Both the position numbers and the translations under genes were made by a program. Below are positions 5,097 to 6,624 of a stretch of DNA of 6,624 nucleotides, piece after piece; the stretch's first letter is position 1; every line of letters starts with the position of its first letter. Below the pieces are notes generated by a model. That model was not told the origin of the DNA, searched no databases, and worked only from the letters and a program-made list of their open reading frames with translations. Source of the stretch: a virus; IMG/VR virus record IMGVR_UViG_3300008807_000535, positions 1 through 6,624 of that record. One strand, given 5' to 3'.

Positions 5097-5113
5097 GTCA
5101 ATCGGAGTCCACC

Positions 5114-5422
5114 ATGATCAAAGTCTCGGTAACGTCAACCGAAATCCGCAATCAAAGCGGCAACGTGAAGGCCACCGGCAAGCCCTACAGCCTCAACTTC
5201 CAGACGGTATGGTTTCACACCTTCGACCGTTCCGGCAAGCCCAACCCTTACCCTGAGAAAGTCGAGATTATTCTCGAAAAGAACGAACAGGGTGCTCCGC
5301 TGTTCTGGCCTGCCGGTGAATACACCCTGGCGCCGGAATCCATCTACGTCAACCGGAACGGCGATCTGGCGATTTCACCCCGCCTCGTGGCCCTGAAACC
5401 CAAAGCAGCCGCTGCGGCTTGA
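5114..5422 (+). CDS. gV: ssDNA-binding protein (gene V protein-like), 102 aa
   Basis: There is colinear similarity to Ff gVp as I recall it: MIKVSV against MIKVEI, GKPYSLNFQ against GKPYSLNEQ, YPEKVEIILE against YPVLVKITLD, and a C-terminal RLVALKPK against RLRLVPAK. GGAG lies 6 nt upstream of the ATG at 5114. The TTG at 5090 from the ORF track is unlikely to be the start. Confidence 0.88.
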   Translation: MIKVSVTSTEIRNQSGNVKATGKPYSLNFQTVWFHTFDRSGKPNPYPEKVEIILEKNEQGAPLFWPAGEYTLAPESIYVNRNGDLAISPRLVALKPKAAAAA

Positions 5423-5427
5423 TCGCC

Positions 5428-5637
5428 ATGGAATCCGCATTCCACGCGGCCCGGATGGTCGCAGCGCATGACGCGCTGCAATCCATCTTGGCGGAATTCA
5501 ACCAGGACGCGGAACCCGGACACGCTGCCGCATCCGTGTCTGCTCGGTTCAAGCTCGACGCCGCAGACACTCCGGGCGGCCTGGATTTGGTGTTTTTTGA
5601 CGCTTCCGGCGTCATGCTGGCCGGTGAGGGCATATGA
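5428..5637 (+). CDS. Hypothetical small acidic protein (69 aa)
   Basis: Third-position GC is high. The ATG lies 5 nt after the gV stop, and an alternative TTG at 5419 overlaps that stop. Its own stop overlaps the next ATG (ATGA at 5634-5637). Confidence 0.55.
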   Translation: MESAFHAARMVAAHDALQSILAEFNQDAEPGHAAASVSARFKLDAADTPGGLDLVFFDASGVMLAGEGI

Positions 5638-5792
5638 CCCGCGTCATGCCATCCCCCCGCCTCGCAGGCATGTTCAGCCACCCATGCGGCGCATGGGTGA
5701 GCCTGTACCGCTTCAACAGTGGTTATGGCTGGTTCCGGCCCCTCGCCAGTGCTACGCGCACCGGCGTGCTGACGTCTCAAAGGTCGAATTGA
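5634..5792 (+). CDS. Candidate small ORF (52 aa, MTRVMPSPRLAGMFSHPCGAWVSLYRFNSGYGWFRPLASATRTGVLTSQRSN)
   Basis: It falls below the ORF-track length cutoff. It starts in an ATGA overlap with the upstream ORF and ends in a TGATG overlap with the next one. Third-position GC is about 75%. The competing frame-2 reading (part of 5468-5980) cannot be excluded. Confidence 0.35.
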   Translation: MTRVMPSPRLAGMFSHPCGAWVSLYRFNSGYGWFRPLASATRTGVLTSQRSN

Positions 5793-5980
5793 TGCGGGCG
5801 CCTGAATTCCGGGCCGTCTGGCCCAATCAATCCGCGGCCTTCAACGAGCGCCGTTTTTCCTGCCCGGTTCAGTTCCAGGCTTACCTGGACGCTGTCCGGC
5901 GTCATGCCGTCGCCAACCGTTATGCGCTGTCGTTCACCTGGAACGGCCCTGCGCATGTTGAGATTGTGAGGGCCGGGTGA
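5792..5980 (+). CDS. Hypothetical small protein (62 aa, MRAPEFRAVWPNQ...VEIVRAG)
   Basis: This is the distal, protein-like part of track ORF 5468-5980. The ATG at 5792 overlaps the preceding stop, and its own TGA overlaps the rep ATG (TGATG at 5978-5982). An upstream in-frame ATG near 5684 is an alternative start. Confidence 0.5.
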   Translation: MRAPEFRAVWPNQSAAFNERRFSCPVQFQAYLDAVRRHAVANRYALSFTWNGPAHVEIVRAG

Positions 5981-6624
5981 TGGCGTGGGCGGTGGATACC
6001 GGCGTTGCAGGGGCGCGCAGCGCCCCTGGGCTTGTCTCAGTATCAACAACTTGCACGACCGTGCCAACGGTCGTTGCTTGGGCTCAAAACGTTATCCAAA
6101 TTGACCCCGATGTTCAGCGCGTTACCCGCCTTCGTAAGTCCCTCGGCATCGCTGCCAAAGCGTTGCACAACCTTGGGCCTGTGAATCAACGGATTTGGAT
6201 GCAGACCCTCACCTATCGCGGCGATAACGGCGACTGGAAACCCGAGCATATTTCCCGATACCTCGACGCGTTGCGCCGTTGGCACTACAACAAGACCGGC
6301 ACGAAAACACTCCGTTATGCCTGGGTCGCTGAGCTCCAGCAGCGCGGCGTGATTCACTATCACGTTGTGGTCTGGCTCGCTGCTGGCCTCGTCCCCCCCA
6401 AACCTGATACCTGCTGGCGTCGTGTTGATCGTCGCGGCCTCGTGCATTACGAGCCCCCCATGTGGCCCCACGGCATGAGTAATCGCCTGTTGTCCCATGC
6501 CCCCGTCGCGTACCTGATGAAGTACGCCAGCAAGATTGAAAGCAAGAACTTAGGAGGATTTCCCCGTGGCGCCCGAATACATGGCTGTGGAGGCTTGGAT
6601 TCTGTTGGGCGCGGTATGCGTCGC
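5980..6624 (+). CDS. gII: Rolling-circle replication initiator, N-terminal part. It runs off the window end; the true continuation is 1-324, and 6526-6624 duplicates 1-99.
   Basis: The frame is open with no stop to the window end. Motif 1 is MQTLTY (6199-6216). The HUH motif is IHYHVVVWL, with HYH at 6355-6363. The two-tyrosine active site YLMKY (6511-6525) resembles the YxxKY of phiX174 protein A-type HUH initiators. The start is uncertain: the ATG at 5980 is coupled to the upstream stop, and the GTG at 6061 is an alternative. Confidence 0.85.
   Translation, partial: MAWAVDTGVAGARSAPGLVSVSTTCTTVPTVVAWAQNVIQIDPDVQRVTRLRKSLGIAAKALHNLGPVNQRIWMQTLTYRGDNGDWKPEHISRYLDALRRWHYNKTGTKTLRYAWVAELQQRGVIHYHVVVWLAAGLVPPKPDTCWRRVDRRGLVHYEPPMWPHGMSNRLLSHAPVAYLMKYASKIESKNLGGFPRGARIHGCGGLDSVGRGMRR
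6008..6028 (+). other. Perfect 9-bp GC hairpin CAGGGGCGC-gca-GCGCCCCTG
   Basis: Read directly. It lies within the first 50 nt of the annotated rep ORF. Confidence 0.8.
6053..6077 (+). other. Hairpin GCACGACCGT-gcca-ACGGTCGTTGC (8 bp perfect, plus 2 bp after a one-base bulge)
   Basis: Read directly. It is immediately preceded by CAACTTG (6047-6053). It lies 25 nt downstream of the first hairpin. Confidence 0.75.
6526..6624. repeat. Terminal redundancy copy 2, identical to 1-99
   Basis: Exact 99/99 identity with the window start. Confidence 0.95.

Noticed and set aside
5090-5113. TTG at 5090 as the start of the gV-like gene
   Set aside because: The ATG at 5114 has a GGAG Shine-Dalgarno at the correct spacing and yields MIKV..., matching the Ff gVp N-terminus. 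The TTG lies inside operator O2.
5468-5980. Single 170-aa CDS as given in the ORF track
   Set aside because: The first roughly 105 residues are Arg/Pro/Trp/Cys-rich off-frame-like sequence overlapping the better-supported 69-aa and 52-aa frames. Only the distal part from the ATG at 5792 is retained, with an alternative start near 5684 noted.
6043-6498. 151-aa minus-strand ORF antisense to rep (the ORFs at 5349-5780 and 5777-6067 on the minus strand are similar)
   Set aside because: It overlaps the rep region that carries the HUH and Tyr motifs on the + strand. This is an antisense open frame explained by GC richness.

Overview
This window is a complete, circularly permuted genome of a small GC-rich filamentous ssDNA phage (inovirus-like). 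Bases 1-99 recur exactly at 6526-6624, so the unit circle is 6,525 bp, and the cut falls inside the replication-initiator gene (N-terminal part 5980-6525, C-terminal part 1-324). The + strand carries an Ff/CTXphi-style backbone. In order it encodes a gV-like ssDNA-binding protein (5114-5422), three small stop/start-overlapping ORFs, and an HUH rolling-circle Rep with two tyrosines. These are followed by a major coat protein (378-578), a 113-aa membrane-anchored protein, and a pIII-like adsorption protein (959-2236). The strand ends with a pVI/Ace-like protein (2238-2528) and a Zot/pI assembly ATPase (2525-3688). The minus strand carries an XRE-type repressor (4599-5048) that diverges from gV across a 65-bp region containing two identical-arm palindromic operators. 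It also carries two small unassigned ORFs (3711-3953, 3471-3701); the second is antisense to the tail of zot. I could not recognise a secretin, an integrase or a convincing dif-like attP. The least explained part is 3471-4600. It holds the two orphan minus-strand ORFs, a G-quadruplex/hairpin motif, a roughly 116-nt imperfect hairpin (packaging-signal or minus-origin candidate) and about ten phased 21-bp iteron-like repeats. I see no recognisable defence or toxin system. All functional calls rest on motifs and architecture read by eye, not on database searches.
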